Positions 47,834-57,696 of a DNA stretch of 64,000 nt are shown one piece after another. Origin of the DNA: Planctomycetaceae bacterium (lineage in GTDB: Bacteria; Planctomycetota; Planctomycetia; Pirellulales; Pirellulaceae); NCBI GenBank assembly GCA_040375295.1, contig JBEISR010000004.1:122584-186583 (forward strand), read 5' to 3'. Every line of letters begins with the position of its first letter. Position 1 is the first letter of the stretch. The translations under genes and the position numbers were made by a program. Below the pieces are notes generated by a model. The model was not told the origin of the DNA and made no database searches. It worked only from the letters and a program-made list of their open reading frames with translations.

Positions 47834-48157
47834 GAGGTAGGTCCTTCTGGAGGGAGATGCCGCCAACGCGGGTCGGCTGATAGTCTCCAGACAGGCTAAC
47901 CCATCGGATGCCACTCTACCACCAGGGACCATTCATGCCGTCGACTTACCAGAGCGACAGTCATACCCCCAATCACAGATTCAACGCCGCATAATCCTGC
48001 CTGCAGTCGCGCCCCCTGCAACGGTCGCTGTCCCTGGGCTATCCTGAGATTCCGCTCCATCGCCTAGAGGCAACGGCTTCCGGGAGCGAGAAAATATTTG
48101 TCTCAACAACAGTTGTTCGAACGATTTTTTGGCGACCTGGATCCCCCTGCACCATCG

Positions 48158-49075
48158 ATGGAGGTTGACATGCAATGCGTCCCGCAACCATGGCTCGCAT
48201 CCCTTCTTTTTCTGGGGCTCCTGATCGCTCCGCTTCAGGCCGGTGATGACCTCTACCAACTGGGTGCCGATTCGCAGCCCAAAGAGGGTGTGCCAGCGGG
48301 GAAAGTGACCGATCACGTCTGGAAAAGCGAGATCTTTCCTGGGACGATTCGCCGTTACTCGGTCTATGTTCCTGCCCAGTACGATGGTTCCCAACCCGCA
48401 GCGGTGATGGTGTTCCAGGATGGGCATGCCTATGTCGATCCCAACGGTCAATTTCGCGCGACTGTCGTGATGGATAACCTCATCCATGCTGGGCAGATGC
48501 CGATCACTATCGGCATCTTCATCGATCCAGGGCACAAGAAAGAATCGCTCCCCGAGAAACGGGGCTGGCAGCCGACACCTGAAAACCGCAGTTTCGAGTA
48601 CGACACGCTGAGCGATCAGTATGCAAGGTTCCTTCTGGAGGAGATCCTACCGGAAGTATCTAAGCAGTATCGTCTGACCGAGGACCCCGACTTGCGCGCC
48701 ATTTGCGGCATCAGTTCGGGTGGAATCTGTGCGTTTACAGTTGCCTGGGAAAAACCAGATCAGTTCCGCAAGGTCATCAGCCATGTCGGGAGCTTCGTCG
48801 ACATCCGTGGTGGTGATCACTATCCATCGCTGGTCCGCAAGGGGAAAAAGCGGCCGATCCGCGCCTTTCTGCAGGATGGATCCGGGGATCTCGATAACCA
48901 GCACGGCAACTGGCCGCTGGCCAATCAGCAGATGGCTGCCGCATTGAAATTCTCCGACTACGACTACCAGTTTGTCTACGGAGAAGGTGGACACAACGGT
49001 ATCCACGGGGGCGCGATCCTGCCGGACGCGATGCGCTGGATATGGCGAGACTGGAAAGAACCTGCAAGCCAGTAA
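48158..49075 (+). CDS. secreted esterase (enterochelin-esterase-like alpha/beta hydrolase), paralog of the N-terminal half of 46091-47833
   Basis: ORF 48098-49075, with likely starts at 48158 or 48170. [21 protein letters not shown] is identical to the paralog. The nucleophile elbow is [12 protein letters not shown]. Confidence 0.8.
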   Translation: MEVDMQCVPQPWLASLLFLGLLIAPLQAGDDLYQLGADSQPKEGVPAGKVTDHVWKSEIFPGTIRRYSVYVPAQYDGSQPAAVMVFQDGHAYVDPNGQFRATVVMDNLIHAGQMPITIGIFIDPGHKKESLPEKRGWQPTPENRSFEYDTLSDQYARFLLEEILPEVSKQYRLTEDPDLRAICGISSGGICAFTVAWEKPDQFRKVISHVGSFVDIRGGDHYPSLVRKGKKRPIRAFLQDGSGDLDNQHGNWPLANQQMAAALKFSDYDYQFVYGEGGHNGIHGGAILPDAMRWIWRDWKEPASQ

Positions 49076-49159
49076 GCCCAATGGAGCAGGCAATCGCAGC
49101 GATTTCAGGAAGTGTTTGTTCCCATGTGTCCCCTTGGGGCAGCAAGGAGTCGATGACCG

Positions 49160-50023
49160 ATGACGGAAACATGGAAGATTGCCGGTGTGCAGATGGACGT
49201 GGCGATCGGTGATACGCGAGGCAATCTGGCGAGGATGCTGGAATGGTTTCAGTCGCCATCCCTTTCGGAGTGCCGGCTGGTGGTGTTTCCGGAGTGCGCG
49301 CTGAGCGGCTACTGCTTCCGGTCGCTGGAAGAAGCGATGCCTCATACCGAGCGGCTGGATGGGCCGGCGGTGGAGGCGTTCACGAGGGCTTGCCAGCGTG
49401 GCAATCGGTGGGTCGCCTACGGATTTCTTGAACGAGGCGACTCAGGCGAGATCTACAACAGCTTGGCCCTGGTCGGTCGGCAAGGACTCCAGGGTGTCTA
49501 TCGCAAAGTCCATCTTCCCTACCTAGGGATCGACCGGTTCGTCACCCGTGGCCCGGATCCCTTTCAGGTGCATCACATCGATGGGCTCTGCATCGGGATG
49601 CATATCTGTTACGACGGATCGTTCCCCGAGGCGTCGCGCGTCATGGCGCTCCAAGGCGCCGACCTCCTGCTGCTGCCGACCAACTGGCCTCCCGGTGCCG
49701 ACACTTTCGCTCGTTACCTGCCCAACGCCCGCGCCCTGGAGAACAACTGTTACTTCATGGCGGTCAATCGCGTTGGGACCGAACGAGGATTTCGATTCAT
49801 CGGACAAAGCCGTCTGTGTGATCCCAACGGGCATGCACTGGCGGATGCTGACGAAAGCTCCCAGATGGCCATCATGGGACAGATCGATCCTGCCAAAGCC
49901 CGTCAGAAGCGATTGGTGCGAGTCCCCGGCGAACACGTCATCGACCGTTTCGCCGATCGCCAGCCAGAATACTATGGAAAGCTGGTGGAGCCTCACGAAT
50001 TGGAACGTCGTGTCGATGACTGA
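49160..50023 (+). CDS. carbon-nitrogen hydrolase (nitrilase superfamily)
   Basis: The Glu-Lys-Cys triad contexts VVFPECALSGY, YRKVHLP and ICYDGSFPE are present. Confidence 0.88.
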   Translation: MTETWKIAGVQMDVAIGDTRGNLARMLEWFQSPSLSECRLVVFPECALSGYCFRSLEEAMPHTERLDGPAVEAFTRACQRGNRWVAYGFLERGDSGEIYNSLALVGRQGLQGVYRKVHLPYLGIDRFVTRGPDPFQVHHIDGLCIGMHICYDGSFPEASRVMALQGADLLLLPTNWPPGADTFARYLPNARALENNCYFMAVNRVGTERGFRFIGQSRLCDPNGHALADADESSQMAIMGQIDPAKARQKRLVRVPGEHVIDRFADRQPEYYGKLVEPHELERRVDD

Positions 50024-50078
50024 ATCCCCCTAGCCCCCACTGATCCCATCGCTCACTATCCTTCCATCGGACCTCCGC

Positions 50079-50744
50079 ATGAATGACCCCGACGATACGA
50101 TCTCGCAAGGTGACTTGGAGCATCCATCGCCAGCCCCAAACGATAACCACCGACCGTTCCCCAGGCGCCCCAGTCTTCAAGGAGAGATCGCGCGGATACT
50201 GGAGGAACATCCAAGGGTGCAAGTGGAGATTGGGAGTGGCAAGGGACTTTTTCTGGTCAATGCAGCAGCCCGCCAGAAAGATGTCTACTGGGTGGGAGTG
50301 GAGCTGGCAGCCAAGTACGCGGCGATGGCGCAACGACGGGTTGAGCGAGCTGGATTGAGCAATGCGGTGGTCTACTGTGGCGATGGAGTCGCCACGGTCT
50401 GCGATCTGCTGCCCGAAGGGCGAATCGAGGCGATCCATGTCTATTTCCCAGATCCCTGGTGGAAAGCTAGACACAAGAAACGGCGCGTGTTGCATGCGCC
50501 GATGCTGAAGGGGATCGAGCGAGCGCTGCAGCCGGGAGGGCAGTTCCACTTCTGGACCGACGTAGCCGACTACTTCCAGTCGACGTTGGAACTGATAGCA
50601 GCGACCACCCGTCTGCAAGGTCCCCAGTACGTTCCCGAATCTCCCGTTGAACACGATCTGGACTACCTGACTCACTTCGAGCGGCGGACGCGGCTGAACG
50701 GTCTTCCCGTCTACCGGTCTCGCTTCACGAAGGATTCCGGCTGA
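50079..50744 (+). CDS. trmB: tRNA (guanine46-N7)-methyltransferase
   Basis: VEIGSGKGLF is the SAM-binding motif. IHVYFPDPWWKARHKKRRV is the TrmB signature. Confidence 0.9.
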   Translation: MNDPDDTISQGDLEHPSPAPNDNHRPFPRRPSLQGEIARILEEHPRVQVEIGSGKGLFLVNAAARQKDVYWVGVELAAKYAAMAQRRVERAGLSNAVVYCGDGVATVCDLLPEGRIEAIHVYFPDPWWKARHKKRRVLHAPMLKGIERALQPGGQFHFWTDVADYFQSTLELIAATTRLQGPQYVPESPVEHDLDYLTHFERRTRLNGLPVYRSRFTKDSG

Positions 50745-50916
50745 TCTAATCGCAGGCTGTGGCCGGAGGATTGTTTCTACCTCGAAGAGCCTGGAAGCGA
50801 CGCAGACAGGGCAAGGCTCCAGGCGACCTTCCAATCGGACGCTACCAACGATCGGATGGTGTCGAAAGCAGAAATTTTTCAGGGATCTGCCCCTCATGAC
50901 GCTGCAGTGAGTTTTT

Positions 50917-50932
50917 TGGCACGCTGCTTGCA
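50917..50932 (+). promoter_or_regulatory. candidate sigma-54 (-24/-12) promoter upstream of hsp20
   Basis: TGGCACG-CTGC-TTGCA matches the TGGCACG-N4-TTGCW consensus at every conserved position. It lies about 140 nt upstream of the hsp20 ATG. Confidence 0.45.
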
Positions 50933-51071
50933 ACTCTCGTTCTGGCGTCTAAGTCACTTGCTGCCAGTTTGACAGCAGCTGCCTGCAAGTTGCAGGCGCT
51001 GGTCAGCGGGACGGACGCCGAGCTCGATCCGGCCAAGCGTTTCGAGGGTTGTCCTTGAGGAGGGACTGAAG

Positions 51072-51548
51072 ATGAAGTGCAACAATCACAACAGTCGTCC
51101 GATGCCAATGAGCCTGCAGGATTGGGCGAGCGAGGTGGAGCAGGTGATGGACCGCGTCTTTGGGCGCACGGTTCCCGGTGGTGCGGGAACGGCGTCGTCA
51201 GGCAGCGGCACGACGGCCGGCGCCTTCATGCCGGCGATGGATGTATCGGAGAGTGAGACGGAGTTTCTGGTGCACCTGGATCTTCCGGGAGTCAAGCTGG
51301 AAGACGTGACGGTCGAGATCCATGACGATCGGCTAACGGTCCATGGCAAGCGGCACGGCGTCTGCCAGAGCGAGGGGGCTCAGGTGCACCGCGTCGAGCG
51401 GATGGTTGGGGAGTTCACGCGTCGCGTGGCCCTGCCCAAGACGGTCGACCAGGACAAGGTGCAGGCTCGTTTCGAGCATGGCGTGCTGCACATCCATCTT
51501 CCGAAGCTGGTCAAGAATCAGCCGCGGAAGATCGAAGTCCACGGCTGA
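51072..51548 (+). CDS. Hsp20/alpha-crystallin family small heat-shock protein
   Basis: The alpha-crystallin domain reads PAMDVSESETEFLVHLDLPGVKLEDVTVEIHDDRLTVHGKR...GVLHIHLPK. Confidence 0.92.
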   Translation: MKCNNHNSRPMPMSLQDWASEVEQVMDRVFGRTVPGGAGTASSGSGTTAGAFMPAMDVSESETEFLVHLDLPGVKLEDVTVEIHDDRLTVHGKRHGVCQSEGAQVHRVERMVGEFTRRVALPKTVDQDKVQARFEHGVLHIHLPKLVKNQPRKIEVHG

Positions 51549-51598
51549 TTGCAGCCAGCCGCCCGCCGGATGGGGTGGTAGCTTTCGGAAAACTGCAT

Positions 51599-51629
51599 GG
51601 GGCCGACCGGAAAGGGTCGGCCCCTTTTT
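51599..51629 (+). terminator. rho-independent terminator after hsp20
   Basis: GGGGCCGACC-ggaaag-GGTCGGCCCC forms a 10-bp GC-rich stem and is followed by TTTTT. Confidence 0.78.
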
Positions 51630-51651
51630 CTCATGTCCCCAATGGTTTTGG

Positions 51652-51672
51652 GGCTTCATGAAGCCTTTTTTT
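51652..51672 (+). terminator. second hairpin plus T-tract (tandem terminator)
   Basis: The palindrome GGCTTCATGAAGCC is followed by TTTTTTT. Confidence 0.5.
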
Positions 51673-51730
51673 GGCCCTCCAATGTTTGAGCGGCTGTTTT
51701 GGACCATAATGTCCAAGCAGATGGACAGGG

Positions 51731-52402
51731 GTGTGGTCGGAAGCTTGGTCCGCGCGCCGACGACATCGGCTGGCTGGGTCGATCGAAAGTCTGGAGAACG
51801 AGGCGAAAAGGCGGGACGTGAACGACGAGGCTGCGCTGATCCAATCATCTTTGTCGGGGGATTCCTCGGCCTTCGGCGTGCTGGCGCAGCGCTATCAGGA
51901 TCGCCTTTACTCCGCCATGATCCCGGTGGTAGGCAGCGCTGACGAGGCGGAGGATGTGGTCCAGGAGGCGCTGATCCAGGCCTATCTGAAGCTGGATACC
52001 TTCCAGCACAACTCCCGTTTCTTCACTTGGCTCTATCGGATCGCTTTCAATTACGCCCTCTCCCGCCGTCGCAAGAATCGCGGGCATGTCTCGATCGAGC
52101 AGGCTAGGGAAACTAGCGGCATTGAACCCCTGGATGACCAGGAGGGGCCTGAAGGGACGATGATGCGGGATGATTCGGTCCGTTGTGTCCATCTGGCGCT
52201 CCAGCAGCTCTCGGACGATCACCGCGTGATCCTGGTGCTCCGCGAAATGCAGGATCTGTCCTACGAGGAGATCGCTGAGATTCTTTCGATCGAAATCGGG
52301 ACCGTTCGATCCCGACTCAACCGCGCACGACTCCAGTTGAAGATACAACTGGAGCAGATGTCGGATTGGCGGCCTCCAGAAGACGCAGACGAACTCCCGT
52401 AG
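51731..52402 (+). CDS. RNA polymerase ECF-type sigma-70 family factor
   Basis: Region 2 is DAEDVVQEALIQAYLKLDTFQHNSRFFTWLYRIAFNYA. Region 4 is LSYEEIAEILSIEIGTVRSRLNRAR. GTG start at 51731, with an alternative GTG at 51818. Confidence 0.85.
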   Translation: MWSEAWSARRRHRLAGSIESLENEAKRRDVNDEAALIQSSLSGDSSAFGVLAQRYQDRLYSAMIPVVGSADEAEDVVQEALIQAYLKLDTFQHNSRFFTWLYRIAFNYALSRRRKNRGHVSIEQARETSGIEPLDDQEGPEGTMMRDDSVRCVHLALQQLSDDHRVILVLREMQDLSYEEIAEILSIEIGTVRSRLNRARLQLKIQLEQMSDWRPPEDADELP

Positions 52403-52524
52403 CGGACGCATCGCGGTTTCAGCGATCGCGTTGGATCCCCTTTCTTTTCGGTTTCGAAACCAAGTCGATTCGAGGGGCGCGAGCATCGACCCACTCAGGG
52501 TGTACCGCCGGATCGCGTCTCCTG

Positions 52525-55128
52525 TTAGCTGGCAGGTTTGTCTGATGCCAACCGGTTCCAGCGATCCGATGCCCAGTGGTCGGCGCGGATCGTACCATCG
52601 GCATCGATTTCGATTCGGATGGCCCCCTCGCGCGCCGTCACCCAGACGCTTCGGCCGGGATCTGAGTAAGGAGCTAGGGCTTTGGGGGCCAGGGCGCGAT
52701 CCGATCCGCTGATGGCGATCCAGCGTGGCTGGCACCATTGGATCAACGGACGCGGGTCCTGAGAAATGCTTCCGTGATGCGGAGCCATCAGGAGATCGAT
52801 CGGGGCAGTCGATGAGGCGATCAAGGCTTGGGTACCCGGCGACTCCAAGTCTCCCGGCAGCAGGATCGACCGCCCGGCATACTCGATCCGCAGGCAAAGG
52901 CTATTGGCGTTGTCGCTCCCGGGGACACCCTGCGGGGGTGGATGCAATGCAGTGAGAGTGGCCTGACCCCATTGGAGTTGCGCGCCGGCAGCCCAGGCAT
53001 CGAAGGTGACCCCCTGGCGTTCCAGCGACTTGCGCCAGCGTCGAATCGATGGACTGGGGTGGGACAACACCTGCTGGGTGGTGGCTAGCTGTGCGATCCG
53101 AAATCGTTTGGCGATCCCTTCCAACGCGTTGTAATGATCGCTGTCGCCGTGGGAGATCATCGCCGTGTCGATCGCTCGAATCCCTTCCCACCAGAGAACC
53201 GACGCGATCCCCTGAAAGCTGCGCTGGCCGTCCCCCATCTTTCCAGCATCGTAAAGTAGCGTCTGTCCGTCGGGGGCCTGCAACAGCACGCTGGTACCGT
53301 GACCGACATCGATGAAGGTCAATCGAAGCGTGCCAGCAGGTCTTGGATCCGGGTTGCCTGGTGCTGCCGCCAGCATCGCAATACCGGCCAGCACCCAGAC
53401 CGACATGCCGGCAAGAATCGCCCGCCTTGACAACTTGGCAAATCCCATCAGCGCGGTGGTGCCGATCAGTCCGATGTAGAATCCAATGGTCCAAGGGATC
53501 GATGGCGAGGGTAGCCAAAGGTGGCTTCCGGGAATCGACTCAGCCCAGTCGATCGTCTCCTGCACCACCCAGAGACTGACCCCGCAGATCCATCCCAAAG
53601 GGATGCCGATCCAGGGAAGCCACGTCCCCAGAACCAGAATCCCAAGGCCGCTCATGAGGGCCAACCAGAGCGGGATCCAGAGCAGCAGGTTCAGAGCGAT
53701 GGCGACAGGGGAGACGACATGGAAAATATGGAGGATCAGAGGAGCTGTGACCAACCACACCCAGGTGCTGGTAACCAAAGCATTTCCTATGCCTGCAAGA
53801 AACCATCGGAGGTGAGATTCCCAAGGAGTCATTGTCTGGCGGATCCGTTGATCGAGCGGATCGGAGGGTGAAGTCTCTTGATGGGTATGCAGCGAGAGCA
53901 GCCCCAGCGTGGCGACGGCAAGAAAAGAGAGTTGAGTTCCGATGTCCCAAAGATAAGAGGGGCGAAGATAGAGAACGACGCAGCCCGCAAAAGCCAGCAG
54001 GTTCAAGGTGCGCGTGGGGCGGCCTAGCCATCGGGCCAAGCAAATCGCCACCACCAGCAGCACGGCACGAAGTACCGGGGGCTGGTTGCCGCAAAGGATA
54101 CCGTAGGCGACCACCAGAATTGCAGTGCACAGGAGTGTCCCTTTTCGCGGTATGTGGATGAGAAGGGCGAAGGTGACAAAGGCGATTGCCACCATCTCGA
54201 CATGCAACCCCGAAATGGCCAGCATGTGCATCGTGCCGGTAGCCAATAGCGACTCCTGCATCTCCCATTCCACTTGCTCGCGTTGACCAAGTACCAGCGC
54301 AGACGCGAGCGCGGCTTGGCCGGCAGGTACATGTCGATGGATCGCCGCATCCGCCCGCTCCATGATCCAGCCCATCGGGCGATCCAGTCGCCACCACCAA
54401 GTGCCAGGGCGTTTCTCCACCTGGTCGGCCGATTCCACCTTGGCTCGGATCCAGTACCCCTTTCGCTGAGCATGGCGGCGGAGATCAAACTGACCCGGGT
54501 TGGTCGGGGCAGGAATCCGTTGCCATTTAGCAAAGCATCGAATCCGATCGCCTGGCAGCGGCCATCGCAACGGCGCGTCGACCGTCACTTGCAGGCGACC
54601 ATAGGCGGGTCGCCACTGCTGGTCGTCTCGAACCTCCAGCAGGGATACCTCGAGTATGGTCTGCCAGGATGCTGCATCGCCAGGAGTTCCGCCACGAGCT
54701 TCGTACTGAGTCAATTCGGGCCGCCAGCGCACCATTCCATCCACACGCGCTTCGAAGACGACAGGTCGCCAAGTGTCGTCGGCCATCCAGCGGGTTGGAT
54801 CGCGCCGGGAACGGTCGTCTGCGACCGTCTGGAGCCAAGCGCCCCAGGCGGCGGTACCGAGAAAAATTCCGACAGTGATCGGCCACGAGGAATTGGCTTT
54901 TGTTCCGACTAGCGCCAGCAACAAACCCGCCAGGATCCCCAAGCTGCAGGCCGACAAAGAAAACTGCCAGACAGTGCAAGCCAAGATCCCAGCGACCATC
55001 CCACAGAAAAGGAGCACCATCGGGAGGTCCAGGACGGCGTCCCGCCACAGAGGGTAGCGGTCGGACCAGATATCGGCCAATCCATCCAGTACTTTTCGTC
55101 GCCACGTGATCAATGGCCCTGCAGCCAT
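52525..55128 (-). CDS. comEC: ComEC/Rec2 family DNA internalization protein with C-terminal metallo-beta-lactamase domain
   Basis: 867 aa. It has a polytopic competence domain and an MBL block (FIDVGHGTSVLL, ISHGDSDH). Confidence 0.87.
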   Translation of the reverse strand: MAAGPLITWRRKVLDGLADIWSDRYPLWRDAVLDLPMVLLFCGMVAGILACTVWQFSLSACSLGILAGLLLALVGTKANSSWPITVGIFLGTAAWGAWLQTVADDRSRRDPTRWMADDTWRPVVFEARVDGMVRWRPELTQYEARGGTPGDAASWQTILEVSLLEVRDDQQWRPAYGRLQVTVDAPLRWPLPGDRIRCFAKWQRIPAPTNPGQFDLRRHAQRKGYWIRAKVESADQVEKRPGTWWWRLDRPMGWIMERADAAIHRHVPAGQAALASALVLGQREQVEWEMQESLLATGTMHMLAISGLHVEMVAIAFVTFALLIHIPRKGTLLCTAILVVAYGILCGNQPPVLRAVLLVVAICLARWLGRPTRTLNLLAFAGCVVLYLRPSYLWDIGTQLSFLAVATLGLLSLHTHQETSPSDPLDQRIRQTMTPWESHLRWFLAGIGNALVTSTWVWLVTAPLILHIFHVVSPVAIALNLLLWIPLWLALMSGLGILVLGTWLPWIGIPLGWICGVSLWVVQETIDWAESIPGSHLWLPSPSIPWTIGFYIGLIGTTALMGFAKLSRRAILAGMSVWVLAGIAMLAAAPGNPDPRPAGTLRLTFIDVGHGTSVLLQAPDGQTLLYDAGKMGDGQRSFQGIASVLWWEGIRAIDTAMISHGDSDHYNALEGIAKRFRIAQLATTQQVLSHPSPSIRRWRKSLERQGVTFDAWAAGAQLQWGQATLTALHPPPQGVPGSDNANSLCLRIEYAGRSILLPGDLESPGTQALIASSTAPIDLLMAPHHGSISQDPRPLIQWCQPRWIAISGSDRALAPKALAPYSDPGRSVWVTAREGAIRIEIDADGTIRADHWASDRWNRLASDKPAS

Positions 55129-56661
55129 GCGATGACCTCCTGCGGCAGCATTGGCGGACGAACTTCAGAGAATGGAGCTGGCTGGTAGCGGCTTGGGATC
55201 GAACGAATCCTGCACCGAACGGAAAACTATAAATGCGAAGATCGGTCCGGGAGGAGCGGAGGGTCTGGCGGAATCGACCGGAACGATCGATCGATGTCGA
55301 AATGGTTGGGAGAGTTCCAGTATTCGCTAGATCAGTCCTTGGTTACCGCCATCTTCGACACTTTGTTTCTTGAGCTGCTGAATGCCTGCCGTCGCTGGCC
55401 TCGATCACCCAGATGGAGATCGCCCTGAAACGTACCGGAACCTACCGTTTTCTTCGGCGATCCGAATGGAGGATCAGTCGAGGGAGACAGGGCATGGCAG
55501 TCAGGGAGTCGTTCGACTGGGAAGGTGTCAGCCATGCGGATGGGGTCCCCGGGCCCTGGGCAGGAGTCGGCGCGAGGCGATGGGAGGGAAGAAAGGGCAC
55601 AGCAACATGCGATTAGCACCTGAGAGGGTCGCTAGGATCCAACTTCGGTGTCGCCGGTGGGTTGGTGAGTCACCACCGGATATTCGTCTGTTGTCTGTGC
55701 AGTCTGCGTCGCCACAGGCGACCAGTGCCGCAGGGTAAAACCTGGGGCGCCCTTCATCTGCCCGCTGCTAACATCGGGTCCATCCGTCAATTCTGTGGGT
55801 CACTTGATCTGCAAATCGCTACTGCTACCAAAGGTTGCCAAAAGACCAGTGCAGCCTGATTCCCGTGTCACCGACCATCCCATCGGGTGACCTGCAAATG
55901 GCAACTCGTCGGGATACCTTGAATTCGATCGCAATGCGGAAAAATCCCAGATGAACGAGATTTTTCGCCCTCGTGACTTCTTCCAACTCAATCCTCCGCT
56001 CGCACGAAGCCGCGAAGGCACGAAGCGATGGAGAACCCAGTTCCATTTGCGATTTCTGCCTGGCTATCCAGTCGACTTTTTCTGTGGGCGGTAACCTCTC
56101 GTTGCCAATCGAATCGACAGGTCGAATGGCGCATGCAACGGGGCGTCGTGTGCTGACGAACGATCTGCATCTTGTCGTCCTTCGCGTCTAAGTGTCTTCG
56201 CGAGAGACCATCCGACATACCCGATCGAAAGGGCCAGCAGGCGGCGAAAACTTCCCCGCCTCGTAGCCAATTGACAAGCTTTCCCTTAGCTGTCTTGGAT
56301 CACCGCCCACAATCGTCTCGGATGGACCTAAGATTGACTTGGGCTTGTGTTGCAAGTCGTGTCTTCGCGATCGCATAGCGAGCCGATGGCATCTGATTTT
56401 CCAAGAGGTCTGATGAGCCAGCGATGGGGCGTGGTGTCGGCTATGTTGGGGTAGGATGCATCTGGGATCGCCTGTTGCGTCCCGTTGGCCCCTTCCCTTG
56501 CAATCTCATCAACCCGTTACGCGGCTTGGTTTCCACACAAGGGGCATCCGGATGCATACCTCGCCTCCCGTGAAACTTTTTTCGCAGGAGAAGGATTGGG
56601 TCGACTGACCCGACGGATGGATTGCCTCGGTTTTGGATGGGGAAGCGACTAGCCGAAATGG

Positions 56662-57279
56662 ATGGATCCCATGCTCCACCCTATCGCGCTATCCAACCTT
56701 TTTCGGAGTTCTATCATGGATGCGCCCATATCGATGCCGATGCAGTTCCTGGGTCCTCCCCAGTCTTCGGCTCTGCAGGCGACCGCTTCCCAGGATTCAA
56801 GCTTTTGGGTCGGTTGGATCGTGCTGTGGATCTTTGGGGCTCTGATGCTTATCGGGATCCTGGCCAGGATGTTTCTTGGTTGGATTCGATCGTCTCTGGT
56901 AGTTAGGATTCATGCCAGCTACCGTCCAGATCAAATCCTTCTGGAGGAATATCGGGCCAACTTCTTTGGCAGGGAGTCAGCCGGGGTTTTTCAGGTGCGA
57001 GGCAATGGAGCGTTGGTGCTGACCGCGACCGACCTCCATTTTTTCATGCTGGTACCCAAAACGGAGATCTGTATCCCGATCTTATCGATTCGAGAAATGA
57101 CGATCACCAAGCAGCATCTTTATAAAGTCACCCCATTCGACTTGTTGAAGGTGGTCTATTCAGAGAATGGTCAGCTTGATTCCATCGCTTGGTATCTATC
57201 CCAGCCCGCCATGTGGAAGCAGCGGATTGAAATGCTTCAGGCCAAGAGCCACTCCCGTGGTGAAGGATCGTTCGAATAA
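56662..57279 (+). CDS. membrane protein with a GRAM/PH-like cytoplasmic domain (hypothetical)
   Basis: One TM (FWVGWIVLWIFGALMLIGILA) is followed by a strand-rich domain (GVFQVRGNGALVLTATDLHFFMLVPKTEICIPILSIREMTI). The start is uncertain. Confidence 0.5.
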   Translation: MDPMLHPIALSNLFRSSIMDAPISMPMQFLGPPQSSALQATASQDSSFWVGWIVLWIFGALMLIGILARMFLGWIRSSLVVRIHASYRPDQILLEEYRANFFGRESAGVFQVRGNGALVLTATDLHFFMLVPKTEICIPILSIREMTITKQHLYKVTPFDLLKVVYSENGQLDSIAWYLSQPAMWKQRIEMLQAKSHSRGEGSFE

Positions 57280-57696
57280 CGATGAGCTTGCCCCTTGCAA
57301 CTTCCTGGAAGCAGGGACTTTTGACGAGTGCGAGTGGTAAAGTCGGTCATCCCGTCTTTGATCGAACATGCAGGACGATGAAGGACGGCTTTGATCACGA
57401 GGATGTGACGATCCCAGTCGATTGCTTTTGGTCGATGGCGATTAGGAGCAAGGGGTCCACAGCGAAGACACGCAGGAAAGAGCAACCCCAACGCCGTCGC
57501 TGGTCAGATTCCGCTGGATTCGAAATCCCAACTGACTGCACGAATGACATTGGTGCGATCGCCTAGCTGACGGAGCGTTATCGGTGTTTGGGTCGACTCC
57601 AATCCATCCTTCTGGGTGCATCGGTGTTTCCAGCACGCTGCAAGAAGCGGAAGGAATGGGATCAAAGATTCGATGCACTGCTTCCGAAGGAGTCGC

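Noticed and set aside
52450-52461. 12-nt perfect palindrome GGTTTCGAAACC between the convergent sigma factor and comEC genes
   Set aside because: It is short, has no loop and no T-tract, and occurs once. It could be a chance palindrome containing a TTCGAA site.
55244-55260. GGTCCGGGAGGAGCGGA, reminiscent of the SRP RNA domain IV motif
   Set aside because: It differs from GUCCGGAAGGAAGCAGC at several invariant positions, and no complementary 3' strand lies nearby.
57516-57528. GGATTCGAAATCC, which resembles a tRNA T-loop in reverse complement
   Set aside because: The flanking sequence cannot form a T-stem, acceptor stem or anticodon arm. No cloverleaf is possible.
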